NCBI GenBank assembly: GCA_043821645.1
Contig: JBDRCO010000023.1
Location: forward strand, 128,001-192,000
From: Pseudomonadota bacterium
GTDB lineage: Bacteria > Myxococcota > JACRCW01 > JAFGSX01
Direction: 5' to 3'
DNA length: 64,000 nt
Shown here: piece by piece, positions 19,086 through 28,849 of the stretch
How the letters are laid out: every line of letters starts with the position of its first letter
Position numbering within the stretch: position 1 is the first letter of the stretch
The notes under the pieces: generated by a model
Databases searched by the model: none
The model's input: the letters and a program-made list of their open reading frames with translations, nothing else
What the model was told of the DNA's origin: nothing
Position numbers and translations under genes: made by a program

Positions 19086-19676
19086 CTGGTCCTGCATCTG
19101 CACTGCTGCATCGCCTGCGCCCTTGGAGCCTCGGCTGCCCTGGCCGCGTATGTGCCGCTGGCCGCCGTGCCAAGGATCTGGCAGCGCATGGCAGTGGTGA
19201 GCGCGACCTTGCTGGCTGCGCTGGTCCTGGCGCCGACGGGTGCCTACCTCGCTTACCGCTTTCCAGACTGGTACGTGATGTACACCCTGCCCTTGTCGAC
19301 CTGGCCGAGCTGGCAGCAGCTCGCCCTCGGCGCGGCCCCGGCCCTCCTCGCCCCGCTGGCGGCGATGCTCAGTGCCCTGTTGTTGCAGCGGCGGCTGGTC
19401 ACTCTGGCCTGGTCCGTGATGGCCCTGGGTGCAGCTGGCACCGCGGGCATCCTGGTGTGGGGAGGCAATCGTCTGTGGTGGGTGGGAAGCGCAGAGGCCT
19501 TCTCCAGCGAGACCCGCTCGCTCATGCCGCAGCTCGGCGAACACCGCCTGCTGGCGGGCATGATCATCATGCTTGCGGGCCTTGGTGCATGCTGGCTATG
19601 GACGCTGCACACGCTGCGTCGCCAGCGTCGCGCCATGCGTGCCAGCCCCGGGGGAGACACGATAGTCCCTGGTTGA
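19086..19676 (+). CDS. Integral membrane hypothetical protein (probable CTG start)
   Basis: GGAGG at 19075-19079 lies 6 nt before an in-frame CTG. About 5 hydrophobic helices and an APTGAYL..FPDW..MY motif. Confidence 0.65.
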   Translation: MVLHLHCCIACALGASAALAAYVPLAAVPRIWQRMAVVSATLLAALVLAPTGAYLAYRFPDWYVMYTLPLSTWPSWQQLALGAAPALLAPLAAMLSALLLQRRLVTLAWSVMALGAAGTAGILVWGGNRLWWVGSAEAFSSETRSLMPQLGEHRLLAGMIIMLAGLGACWLWTLHTLRRQRRAMRASPGGDTIVPG

Positions 19677-19778
19677 CCAACCGCTCCGGGCAGGATTTTC
19701 TCCCCAGCTACCGACGCCAGAATCGGCCGGCCGGTTCGGGCACCCAGATCGACACCCATCCCTGGCAGGGAGTCCCTG

Positions 19779-20981
19779 ATGAAAGCTGCTTCGAACGTCC
19801 CCCTGTTGCCCGCCCTCAAGCTCATGAGCTCGGACCTCCAGGTCACCGGCAAGGTGGTGTGGGGCCTGGCGATGCGCAAGATCATGCCCTTCTTGATCGA
19901 CCACGAGTTCGTGCGCGACGACAACGCCGAGATCGGGCTGGTCAGCATCAAGCTCACCGACATGTGCAACCTGCGCTGCCGCCCCTGCGCACAGTGGGGC
20001 GAGAACGGCTACAATCTTGGCCTGTCGATCAAGGACCTCAAGAAGAAGGAACTCCCCGCCGACGTGTACGCCAAGCTCGTCGACGACGTGGCGGCCTGGG
20101 GCACCAAGCCGCTATGGTACATCTGGGGCGGCGAGCCCTTCATGCACCGCGAGATCCTCGACATCACGGGATCCATCCGTCGCGCCGGCATGCACGGCGC
20201 CATCGTCACCAATGGCTACAAGGTCAAGGAGTCGGCGCGCACCCTGGTCGAGCAGGGCTGGGACCTGATGTACATGTCCCAGGACGGCACCCACGAGATC
20301 CACCGCGAGAACCGCCCCGGCGCCAACAGCAAGTTCGACAGCTACCAGATGATGCAGGACGGCGTGACCGAGCTGGTCGCCGAGCGCGGGCGCCTGGACA
20401 AGAAGTTCCCGGTGGTGCTGACCCTGACCTGCATCACCAGCATCAACCAGCACGATCTGCTCGAGACCATCCTCGATGCCCAGGCCATGGGCACCGACGC
20501 CATGGTCATGTACCCGGCCTGGTTCACCACCCTCGAGGACGGCCGCAAGCACGAGGCCGAGTTCGAGCGCCGCTTCGGCTTCAAACCTTTCATGTGGAAG
20601 GGCTACGTGGCCGATTGCCACGACGTGGATGTGCCGGCCCTGGTCGAGGAGCTCAAGCGCATCCAGGCCGATCCGCGGGTCAAGATCCCCTGGACGCTGA
20701 TGCCCGACATCTCCTTCGATCAGCTGGAGACCTACTACAAGGACCACGCGGATTTCCTGGGCTACGGCCAGTGCTTCTACCCGTGGACCTACGTCGAGAT
20801 CCAGCCCAACGGCGACGTGTCGACCTGCCGCGACTACGGCGACTACATCTGCGGCAACATCACCGAGGACAGCCTGGCCTCCATCTTCAACAACGAGAAG
20901 TACCAGGCCTTCCGCAAGTCCTTGCGCAAGGACGGCATGATGCCCATCTGTTCGCGCTGCTGCGGTCTGATGGGCTTCTAG
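19779..20981 (+). CDS. Radical SAM enzyme with SPASM/twitch domain
   Basis: CNLRCRPC, GGEP, TNG and C-terminal CFYPW...G.V..C...CGN...CSRCC motifs. Confidence 0.93.
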   Translation: MKAASNVPLLPALKLMSSDLQVTGKVVWGLAMRKIMPFLIDHEFVRDDNAEIGLVSIKLTDMCNLRCRPCAQWGENGYNLGLSIKDLKKKELPADVYAKLVDDVAAWGTKPLWYIWGGEPFMHREILDITGSIRRAGMHGAIVTNGYKVKESARTLVEQGWDLMYMSQDGTHEIHRENRPGANSKFDSYQMMQDGVTELVAERGRLDKKFPVVLTLTCITSINQHDLLETILDAQAMGTDAMVMYPAWFTTLEDGRKHEAEFERRFGFKPFMWKGYVADCHDVDVPALVEELKRIQADPRVKIPWTLMPDISFDQLETYYKDHADFLGYGQCFYPWTYVEIQPNGDVSTCRDYGDYICGNITEDSLASIFNNEKYQAFRKSLRKDGMMPICSRCCGLMGF

Positions 20982-20990
20982 TTTTCTTGG

Positions 20991-21110
20991 GGGGCGTTCG
21001 GCACGCCCCCTTGGGCGCCGGAGTGAATCCGTCGCCATTCACCCCCTGGCAGCAGCTGCTCTTCTCGAAGGGGCGTTCGGCACGCGCCCTTGGGCGCCGG
21101 AATGAATCCG
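20991..21110. repeat. Two 41-bp direct repeats with internal hairpin, separated by 38 bp
   Basis: ggggcgttcggcacgcccccttgggcgccggagtgaatccg (20991-21031) and ggggcgttcggcacgcgcccttgggcgccggaatgaatccg (21070-21110), 2 mismatches. Confidence 0.85.
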
Positions 21111-21134
21111 GCAGGGGCCCCTCTCCGGCAGCCG

Positions 21135-22040
21135 CTAGTGCCTCTGGTGCACCTTCAAGAACGCGATCAGAGCCTCGGGGTCGTCGGTGATGATGCCGTC
21201 GACGTCGAGCTCGAGCATACGACGCCAGCTTTTCTCCTCGTTGACGGTCCAGGGGATCACGCGCAGACCCGCGGCGTGACAGGCGTGCACCTCGGTCGCC
21301 GTGATCCAGTCCTGGTGCGGGGACACGATGGCCGCCCCGGCAGCCCTGGCCACGGCCACCAGGTCGGGCAAGGTCTCGTCGATCAGAACCGCGGTGGTCA
21401 GGGCAGGTTCAAATTTCTTGGCTTCGATCAGGATGCGGTGATCGAAGCTCTGCAGCACCGCGCGCGAGACCATGCCGTGATCCTGCAGGCTGTCGACGAC
21501 GAGGCGCGCGAAGCGATCGGGCGGCGGGGAGAGATCCGTTCGGCCGGGCACGCTCTTGGCCTCGATGTTCAGGCGCACTGTTCTCGCGGCCGGAGCCGGG
21601 GAGGACCGCAGCAGCTCGAAGACCTGCACCAAGCTCGGGGGAGGCGTGCCGGGAGATGTGCTCTGGGCTGGAAAGCGCGGGTTCTGCACGGCGCCGCAGT
21701 CCAGGGCCTGCGCCTGCACCAGGCGAAGTGAGCGCAGCGCCGTGTCCGGCGCCACGGCCGTGCCATCGCGGTGGCGGCACAGCACCGTGCTGACCACGGG
21801 ATCATGCATCACCAGCAACTGGTCGTCGGCGGTGACCACCACGTCGAGTTCGAGCACGTCGACACCCACCTGAAGGGCGTGCGCGAAGGCCGGCAGAGTG
21901 TTCTCGGGAAAGCGCGCGCGGGCACCGCGGTGTCCCTGCACCTCGATGGCGCGCGGCCTGGACGTGGTCGCAGCATGCATGGTGTTGACCGTGGTCGCTG
22001 ATAGCAGCGTGGCGACAAGAAGGGGAGGCCCCAGACTCAT
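21135..22040 (-). CDS. Glycerophosphodiester phosphodiesterase
   Basis: GHRGAR..PENT, ELDV, HD, IEAK, QSFD, WTVN and GIITD motifs. Confidence 0.95.
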   Translation of the reverse strand: MSLGPPLLVATLLSATTVNTMHAATTSRPRAIEVQGHRGARARFPENTLPAFAHALQVGVDVLELDVVVTADDQLLVMHDPVVSTVLCRHRDGTAVAPDTALRSLRLVQAQALDCGAVQNPRFPAQSTSPGTPPPSLVQVFELLRSSPAPAARTVRLNIEAKSVPGRTDLSPPPDRFARLVVDSLQDHGMVSRAVLQSFDHRILIEAKKFEPALTTAVLIDETLPDLVAVARAAGAAIVSPHQDWITATEVHACHAAGLRVIPWTVNEEKSWRRMLELDVDGIITDDPEALIAFLKVHQRH

Positions 22041-22044
22041 GGCT

Positions 22045-23001
22045 TCACCGCGCAGTCGCCGGAGCGGCAGAGGGCGCGCTGGCAGGTGTGGCCGGGCGCG
22101 AGGCTGGGTCGTGGCGAGGAGCTATCCCGGTCGTGTGGTCGAGGCAGTCCCGGTCCAGGTGCGCCACCACGTCCCGCAGCGAGAACCCAAGGCCCAGCGT
22201 GCCATCGAGCTGCAAGGCGCGGCCAAGCTGCTCGACCACGGTCGGCATGGCGCCATCCCGTCGACCGACCAGGATCACGTTGGCCGATTGCACGGCGCGG
22301 TAGCAGGCGGTGACCGGGAACACCGAGGTAAAAGAGGCGAGCAGCACCAGCTCCTCATCGGGATCTGCGGCCGCCACGTTGGCCACCACCGCACCGCCCG
22401 CCGCCAGGCGAGTTCGCACCGCCTTGAAGAACTCGACCGTGGTCAGGTGCCGCGGAATGCCGTCGCCACTGTAGGCATCGAGCACGATGAGGTCTCGCGG
22501 CACGCGGTCCTTCTCGATGAAAGCCCGGCCGTCGCCAAGGGAGATTCGGTGGCGCGCATCCTCGACCACGCCGAAGTGCGCCTTGGCCGCCTTGACGACG
22601 ACGGGGTCGATGTCAACCACGTCCATCTGCAGCCCGGGCATGGTCCGGTGCAGCAGCATGGTGAAGGTGCCACCCCCGAGACCCACCATGAGCAGGCTGC
22701 GCGGTTTGTCGACGTGAAGCAGGCCCGCGGCCATGTGCCGCACATAGTCCATGGGAACGGCCCGGGGATCGTCGAGGGAGATCATGCTCTGGTCGTCGCC
22801 ATCCAGGCTGTCAAAGCGCAGGTAGCGTCGCCGCCCCTCGTCGATGACCAGCACCCGCGCGTAGGGTGAACGCTCGTCGAAGACGATGTGCGGGATCGCT
22901 CCGGAGCGGGCGCCCAGCACCACCGCCCCGAGCAGGACGAGCGCACCGGCGTTCCGGCCATGTGTCCGCCAGGTCCTCGCCTCGGGCTGCTGGCTCACCA
23001 T
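22045..23001 (-). CDS. Spermidine-synthase-like SAM-dependent transferase
   Basis: SPY, GLGGG, VDIDPVVV, GDGR and LIVLDAY motifs. Start overlaps the upstream stop. Confidence 0.85.
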   Translation of the reverse strand: MVSQQPEARTWRTHGRNAGALVLLGAVVLGARSGAIPHIVFDERSPYARVLVIDEGRRRYLRFDSLDGDDQSMISLDDPRAVPMDYVRHMAAGLLHVDKPRSLLMVGLGGGTFTMLLHRTMPGLQMDVVDIDPVVVKAAKAHFGVVEDARHRISLGDGRAFIEKDRVPRDLIVLDAYSGDGIPRHLTTVEFFKAVRTRLAAGGAVVANVAAADPDEELVLLASFTSVFPVTACYRAVQSANVILVGRRDGAMPTVVEQLGRALQLDGTLGLGFSLRDVVAHLDRDCLDHTTGIAPRHDPASRPATPASAPSAAPATAR

Positions 23002-23585
23002 CCGCTGTCCCACATCTTGAAGTACACGCCTATCACGACAACGTAGGACGTGTGCAGACCTCCGTCCGCCCAGTCCAGAGCGACCCCACCCTCGAGCTCG
23101 AGGTGAAATTTGTCAGCCAGCAGGTAGCCCAGCGCCACCATGGGCTCGACCGTCGGGGACCAGCGATCGAGATCGCGCACGTGGCGCAGGCCCGCAGCGT
23201 CCACGGAGGTGGTCTGCGCCATCACCAGATGCGAGCCACCCAGGCGCGCGCCGGCCAGGGCGTAGGCGTCCAGGAACAGCGGCACCTGACCCTCGAGCGA
23301 TACGAAGATCAGACTGCGCTTGAGGCTGCTCAGGTCGTCCTGCTCAAACTCGCCCTGCACCAGGCCGAGCTGCAGGCGCAGATGGTCGAACAGCCGCAGC
23401 ATGAGCCGACCCGAGATGCCAAGCCCCACGCCCTCGTGCAGGCGCCCGGCGAGGGGCTGCGCCTGCGGCCACACGGTCAGGCCCATGCCGCCGGTGAGGC
23501 GGAAGGTCGAGGCTGCGGCCGGCGTCGCCGCCACCAGGAGAGCCAGACCAGCCGCAAAGACCAGGGCGTGACGACGTGCAATCAC
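22995..23585 (-). CDS. Putative outer-membrane beta-barrel protein
   Basis: GAGGAG RBS, GTG start, signal peptide (..PAAA/ST) and alternating beta strands ending GVYF. Confidence 0.65.
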   Translation of the reverse strand: MIARRHALVFAAGLALLVAATPAAASTFRLTGGMGLTVWPQAQPLAGRLHEGVGLGISGRLMLRLFDHLRLQLGLVQGEFEQDDLSSLKRSLIFVSLEGQVPLFLDAYALAGARLGGSHLVMAQTTSVDAAGLRHVRDLDRWSPTVEPMVALGYLLADKFHLELEGGVALDWADGGLHTSYVVVIGVYFKMWDSGW

Positions 23586-23803
23586 CAGCACTCCTCGGTG
23601 CGAGCAGCACATGTACGCGATGGCTGCCGCAGGGGCAAGTCTGCACGAAGCGGCAATGTGAGCTGCCACACAGGTGTCACCGGGTGCCTTATGGGGCAGC
23701 GGCGGGACGTGCGTGCGCCATCCTGGATCACCTGGCTGCAGAAGATTGCGCCGTTCAACCCAGGATCCCGCATTCCGCGGGCCGCAAGGGCCTGGGAGAG
23801 AGG

Positions 23804-23819
23804 TGGCATGAAGCTCGCT
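23804..23819 (+). promoter_or_regulatory. sigma54 (-24/-12) promoter candidate
   Basis: TGGCATGAAGCTCGCT matches the TGGCACG-N4-TTGCW spacing, 41 nt upstream of ATG 23861. Confidence 0.65.
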
Positions 23820-23860
23820 ATACCAGTTCCCGAGCGCGCAACAGCGCTCAGGAGGTCCTG

Positions 23861-26068
23861 ATGAGCCATGCAACATCCACCACCATCGAGATCGTGCACG
23901 TGATGTCCGGCGCCGACATCCTGCGCGCCGGCGAGGTGCAGCTGGCCCTGGGCTTTCCCGAGGAGGTGGTCAAGGCCTGGATGCGCGCGGGTCACAGCCC
24001 CAACGCCTGGCTGGTGCCAGACCGGCGCAGCGCCGACGGAGTGGTGCAGTGGGCCTTCGAGTTTCCGCTGTACTACGCGCTGTTCGTGCAGGGCCTGTTC
24101 ACCCGCGGAGAGAAGATCCCGGTGCTGGTCAAGGAACGCGACTGGACGGACCTGGTCGAATACCTGCGCCTGACCTTGCTCGGGCTCCGTGGCGACGAGA
24201 TGAAGCGCGAAGGCGTGCGCGCCCAGGTGGTGGAGCAGCTGACCCGAGAAGGAGCGGCCATGGCGCTCAAGCGCAGCGATGGCGAGATCGCGGGGATCGA
24301 GGATTTTCTGGAGCCACACTTCTTCGACGCCGAGGGCGTGGTCGAATACCTCGGCCTGCGCGTCAAGGCCCATGGCGACAACGTCTACTCCTACTACACC
24401 GAGGCTGATCGCCTGGAGGAGGTGCTGTTGCAGACGGGAGGGGCCGAGGCGCCGCCCTACAGCACGCCGCTGGCGCCGGCCACGGTACCGGTCATGCCGC
24501 AGCCCTTCGAGGTCATCACCCTGGGTTCATCGTCGGGCTTCGATCCGGCCAACCCCTGCACCAGCGTGCTGGTTCAGGCCCATGGCCGGTTCGTGCTGGT
24601 GGACTGCGGGCCCTACGTGCGAGCCCTGCTCCGCCACGCAGGTGTCAGCTTGCAGCAGATCCAGGCGCTCGTCGTCACCCATGCGCACGAGGATCATGCG
24701 GTGGGGCTGAGCGCCCTGCTCGACCTGACGCACCGCCTGCAGCTGTTCGTGACCCGCGAGACCGCAGCCATCTTGCGCCGCAAGCTGGCCATCCTGAACC
24801 CGCAGGTGAGCCGTCCCGAGCGCCTGCTCGACGACGCCTTTGACCTGGTCTACGTGGAACCGGGCCGGGAGGTGAGTTTTCTCGGACTCACGCTGCGCTT
24901 TCACTACACCATGCACGCCATCCCCTGCACCGGCGTCGAGCTCAGCATGCGAGTCGGCACGGAGATCAAGCGCGTCCTCGTGGTCGGCGACAACAACGCC
25001 CGCGCCAACATCGAGCAAGCCGCGACCCAGGGCGTGATCGATGCTGCCCGTCGCGACGAACTGCTGGCGCTGTACGCGTGGCAGGGTGATCTGCTCATCG
25101 CCGACGCCGGTGGCGGCCTGATTCACGGTGTTCCGGCCGACTTCGCGGGCAATCCATCGAGGGACGTGGTCTGCGTGCATACCGGCGCGCTCAAGCCAGA
25201 AGAAAGACACCTGTATACCCTGGCCGCACCAGGTCTCCGCTACACCCTGGTGTCGGAGCAGCGTGGTCCGACCCCCCTTGAGCGCGGGCTCGCCCATCGC
25301 GCCCTGAACGAGGCTTTCACCCAGAGCGCCTCGGCCTGGCTGGACGCCATGCTCGACGCTGCCGAGCCCCTGAGCGTCAACCGCGGCCAGATCGTGGTGC
25401 GCAACGGCGACAGCGGTCAGGACCTGTACGTCGCCTTGACCGGTGAACTGGCCGTGTTGATCGAGGAAGACGGCACGTCGCGCCAGGTCGCCACCGTGAA
25501 CGCCGGCGAGGTCTTTGGCGAGATGGCGGTCGTCAACAGCGCGCCGCGCTCTGCCACGGTGATGGCTCAGACACCGGCGCGCCTGCTGCGCATCCCGGGG
25601 GAGCTGTTCCACTGCTTCGTGGCCGACGCCAAGCTGACCGGAAGCCTGCCCGAGCTGTGGTCCAAGCGCCACGACCTCGAGCGCGTGACCGTGCTCTCCA
25701 ACGCCTCGGTGACGACCCGCAACCTGCTGGCGCGTGCGGCGGTTCGGCGGCAGGTGGAGCCCGGTGCCACCCTCATTCGCGAGGGTTCCCAGAGCGACAC
25801 GGTGTTCATCCTGGTGCAGGGCCGGGTCCAGGTCTACAAGGGCGCCGCGCCTCTGCTCGCGGGAGGCACGCCCATCATCGTCGAGCCGGGCTCCCTGATC
25901 GGTGAGACCGCGCCCTTTCTCAAGCAAGCGCGCAACGCCAGCATCGTGGCACTCGACGCGTGCGAGGTGCTGGCCATTCGCGGCAGTGACTTCAAGCGCG
26001 TGGTGCAGTGTGCTCCGCAACTGTTCCTGGCCATCTCGCGCGTGGTGCGCTCGCGCCAGGCAGCCTGA
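23861..26068 (+). CDS. MBL-fold metallohydrolase with two cyclic-nucleotide-binding domains (putative cNMP-regulated phosphodiesterase)
   Basis: THAHEDH (HxHxDH), HAIPC and GD motifs. CNB motifs FGEMAV..APRSATV and IGETAP..ARNASI. GGAGG RBS. Confidence 0.88.
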   Translation: MSHATSTTIEIVHVMSGADILRAGEVQLALGFPEEVVKAWMRAGHSPNAWLVPDRRSADGVVQWAFEFPLYYALFVQGLFTRGEKIPVLVKERDWTDLVEYLRLTLLGLRGDEMKREGVRAQVVEQLTREGAAMALKRSDGEIAGIEDFLEPHFFDAEGVVEYLGLRVKAHGDNVYSYYTEADRLEEVLLQTGGAEAPPYSTPLAPATVPVMPQPFEVITLGSSSGFDPANPCTSVLVQAHGRFVLVDCGPYVRALLRHAGVSLQQIQALVVTHAHEDHAVGLSALLDLTHRLQLFVTRETAAILRRKLAILNPQVSRPERLLDDAFDLVYVEPGREVSFLGLTLRFHYTMHAIPCTGVELSMRVGTEIKRVLVVGDNNARANIEQAATQGVIDAARRDELLALYAWQGDLLIADAGGGLIHGVPADFAGNPSRDVVCVHTGALKPEERHLYTLAAPGLRYTLVSEQRGPTPLERGLAHRALNEAFTQSASAWLDAMLDAAEPLSVNRGQIVVRNGDSGQDLYVALTGELAVLIEEDGTSRQVATVNAGEVFGEMAVVNSAPRSATVMAQTPARLLRIPGELFHCFVADAKLTGSLPELWSKRHDLERVTVLSNASVTTRNLLARAAVRRQVEPGATLIREGSQSDTVFILVQGRVQVYKGAAPLLAGGTPIIVEPGSLIGETAPFLKQARNASIVALDACEVLAIRGSDFKRVVQCAPQLFLAISRVVRSRQAA

Positions 26069-26100
26069 CGCCCGTCCAGATCAGCCCCGGGAGGTCCTCC

Positions 26101-27327
26101 ATGCAAACCGTGACCGCCGAACACGCCCTGGCTGTGACCACACAGGTCCAGATCCCGGGCGACGGAGAGGTGCTGCTACGCTGGCAGGCCTCGGGCTCGC
26201 CGTCCTCTTTGTGCGTGCTCATCATCCGCAGCGGCGCGGTGCCTGCTTACACCTCGATCGGTCTCACCGCGCAGAACACGTGTTACCACCTGCGCAACCT
26301 GAGCCGGCATCAGCGCTACATGGTTGCGGTGGCGGCCCTGGGTGGTGGACAGGTGGCTCTCAGTACCTGGACCTCGGTGACACCGCGCGCAGGCCTGCAC
26401 GCCCTGTGCAGCGACGACGGAAACGCTCTGACGCCACACCTCGCGCATGTGACCTCACTCTCCGCCATGCCTCAGGATCGCCGTCTCACCGCCTACTGGA
26501 AACTCTCGAGGGGCTTCGTCGACGGAGTGGTGGTCTCGCTGCACAGTGCAGGGCGCTGCCTCCACCGCTTCGAGCTGGAACCCGAAGTGGTCAGCCTGTC
26601 CCTGGACCAGGGTCGAGGTGTGGCGCTGCGCAATGGCGTGGACTACGAACTCCGCGTGCACAGCCGCTTCGCGGGTGTCGACGTACCTGGGCCCGAGGCG
26701 GTGACCTGCACACCCGCGGCCCAGGGTGAGGAGCGACAGGCGAACCGGAAGCACCCGCAGGCGAACCTGTTTTTCCCCTTTCTCTCCATCGACGCGGAGC
26801 TCAAGGTCTTCGACGACGACGGTTCCGATGAGGCCACGGCGCCGGCTCCTTTGCTGTGCCAGCACTGCCGCAAGCCTGTCTCCTGGGAGCGCTACGAACT
26901 GCGCTGCGTGGGCTGTGGTGCCGAGTACATCCCCAACAGCCTGGGCTCGGTCCTGGAGGTGCGCCGTCTGCGCTTTGGCACCTGCGCCTGTTGCTTGCCG
27001 CGGAGCATCCTGATCCAGAAGCGCGGCAGCACATCACTGACCTGCGCACAGTCCGGCAAGGAACACATCCGTACAGGCAGCGCGGGCTTTTCTCTCATCG
27101 AGGATCTCCCCCACGGCCTGTGCCAGTGCTGCCGGCCGCGCAGGCCCTTGCAGCGCAAGAGTGGAAAGGTGACCTGCAGCAAGACCGGCGAGCCGCACAG
27201 CAACCAGGACGGACGCTATGTGTTGGCGCCGACCCAGCCCGTCTTCGACGCTGCAGCCATCGACGCACTGCTCGATCAGGGGCTGGCGGAGATCTGCTCG
27301 ACGGGTGTCACGCGCGGTCGCCGCTGA
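26101..27327 (+). CDS. FnIII-like domain protein with Cys-rich Zn-binding tail
   Basis: Two FnIII-like segments (LRW...NL....Y.V.VAA and AYW...L.NGVDY.LRV), then CxxC-CxxC and two CxCC...C modules. GGAGG RBS and no signal peptide. Confidence 0.75.
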   Translation: MQTVTAEHALAVTTQVQIPGDGEVLLRWQASGSPSSLCVLIIRSGAVPAYTSIGLTAQNTCYHLRNLSRHQRYMVAVAALGGGQVALSTWTSVTPRAGLHALCSDDGNALTPHLAHVTSLSAMPQDRRLTAYWKLSRGFVDGVVVSLHSAGRCLHRFELEPEVVSLSLDQGRGVALRNGVDYELRVHSRFAGVDVPGPEAVTCTPAAQGEERQANRKHPQANLFFPFLSIDAELKVFDDDGSDEATAPAPLLCQHCRKPVSWERYELRCVGCGAEYIPNSLGSVLEVRRLRFGTCACCLPRSILIQKRGSTSLTCAQSGKEHIRTGSAGFSLIEDLPHGLCQCCRPRRPLQRKSGKVTCSKTGEPHSNQDGRYVLAPTQPVFDAAAIDALLDQGLAEICSTGVTRGRR

Positions 27328-27340
27328 ACAGCGCGGGGAG

Positions 27341-28849
27341 CTAAATGGGAGGAGGCAGGATGGGGAGGTCGAGTCGCCGGCGCTCGCTCCGCGCCACCGA
27401 GGCCTTGAGCGAGAAGTCTTGCTCGACCACCAGCTCGAGCTGGAGCGGGCCTGGGTTCTGCTGCAACCAGTCCGCCGGCACGCGAAGCAGGCCGACCAGC
27501 TCACGCTCGACGCTGTGCAGCTCGACAGCCTGGATCAGCCCCATCACCAGGTCCTGACCACGGGCCACCGGGGGGGATACGCTGGTGCCACGGCGGCAGG
27601 GCACACCCGTGTTTCGCGGTATGACCTCGTGCATGGCCCCACCTGGCAGCACCACGCCGATGGGTATCGAGACCACGTCGACCAGGTCAGGCCCAGCGGG
27701 CAGATCCATGGAGTGACCGAGGATGGCCGCACCGACGGCCACCGCGAGCTCGGGGTTGATGGCCTTCGTGGGATCGTTCTTGAACGCTGCAGACAGGCGG
27801 CGCTTGAGGGGCAGCATGCGCGTCTGGCCACCCACGAAGACCAGCTCATCCACGTCGTCACGCGTCATCCCGGCGTGCTTGAGCGCCTCGTCACAGGCGC
27901 CCAGGGTCCGCTCGATGAGGTTGGAAGTCAGGGTCTCCAGCGCATCGCGGATCAGCGTGTACTCGAAGTCCACGAACTGGCCATCAGCGCCGCTGCACAC
28001 GAAGGGGACGCGCAGCGTGGTCTCCTCCTGTGTCGACAGCGCGATCTTGGCGGCCTCGGCGGCCAGGAACACACGCTGCATGACCACCTTGTTGGACTGC
28101 ACATCCAGACCGCGAGCGACCTCGAAGCGCTCGATGAGCCTGCGACCTATCTGCTCGTCGAAGTCAGCGCCGCCCAGGAACGCGTCCCCACCTGTGGCGA
28201 GCACGCTGGCCAGGGCGCCGCGCACGGCCACCACGCTGACATCGAAGGTGCCACCTCCCAGATCGTAGATGAGCAGGGTTTGCTCTATTCCGCGCTTCTT
28301 GGCGGCGAACAGGGCAGCAGCGGTGGGCTCATTCACCAGGGCGCGGACCCGCAACCCCGCATCGCTGGCAGCTCGCGCCAGCTCTCGACGCTGGGTATAG
28401 CCGTAGTGCGCCGGCACCGTCAGCACGCAGTCCTCGAAGGGCGCGCCAGCGGCGGCCTGGGCCAGCTCGGCGATGCGGCGCAGCACCAGCGTGGCCACCT
28501 CTCGTAGATGGACCACCTGGCCATAGATCTCCACCGCGCACAGTCCGAGCTCATCTGGGACGAGGGGGTACAGGAAACGCTCGCGATGCCGCTGTACGAA
28601 GCTCGACTTGAGGGAGCGCCCGAGGAACCTTTTGAAGCCGTGGATGGTGTGCGTGGGGTCGTCGATGAGCTGGGTCCGTGCGTTGCTCCCGACGACGTGC
28701 TTGTCGCGTGCGCGGAACCAGACCACGGTGGGCAACACGGCGCTGCGCTCGCTCACAGGGACGACGCGCAAGGTGCGCTTGTGATCGATCCACGCGGCAC
28801 TGGTATTGGTGGTGCCGAAGTCGATACCCAGCACCGGTCGCGGCATCAT
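27341..28849 (-). CDS. Hsp70-family protein (second paralog, short C-terminus)
   Basis: [31 protein letters not shown] and VGGQTR motifs. Confidence 0.93.
   Translation of the reverse strand: MMPRPVLGIDFGTTNTSAAWIDHKRTLRVVPVSERSAVLPTVVWFRARDKHVVGSNARTQLIDDPTHTIHGFKRFLGRSLKSSFVQRHRERFLYPLVPDELGLCAVEIYGQVVHLREVATLVLRRIAELAQAAAGAPFEDCVLTVPAHYGYTQRRELARAASDAGLRVRALVNEPTAAALFAAKKRGIEQTLLIYDLGGGTFDVSVVAVRGALASVLATGGDAFLGGADFDEQIGRRLIERFEVARGLDVQSNKVVMQRVFLAAEAAKIALSTQEETTLRVPFVCSGADGQFVDFEYTLIRDALETLTSNLIERTLGACDEALKHAGMTRDDVDELVFVGGQTRMLPLKRRLSAAFKNDPTKAINPELAVAVGAAILGHSMDLPAGPDLVDVVSIPIGVVLPGGAMHEVIPRNTGVPCRRGTSVSPPVARGQDLVMGLIQAVELHSVERELVGLLRVPADWLQQNPGPLQLELVVEQDFSLKASVARSERRRLDLPILPPPI

Noticed and set aside
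20991-21110. CRISPR array call
   Set aside because: Only two repeats, with no leader and no cas genes in the window.
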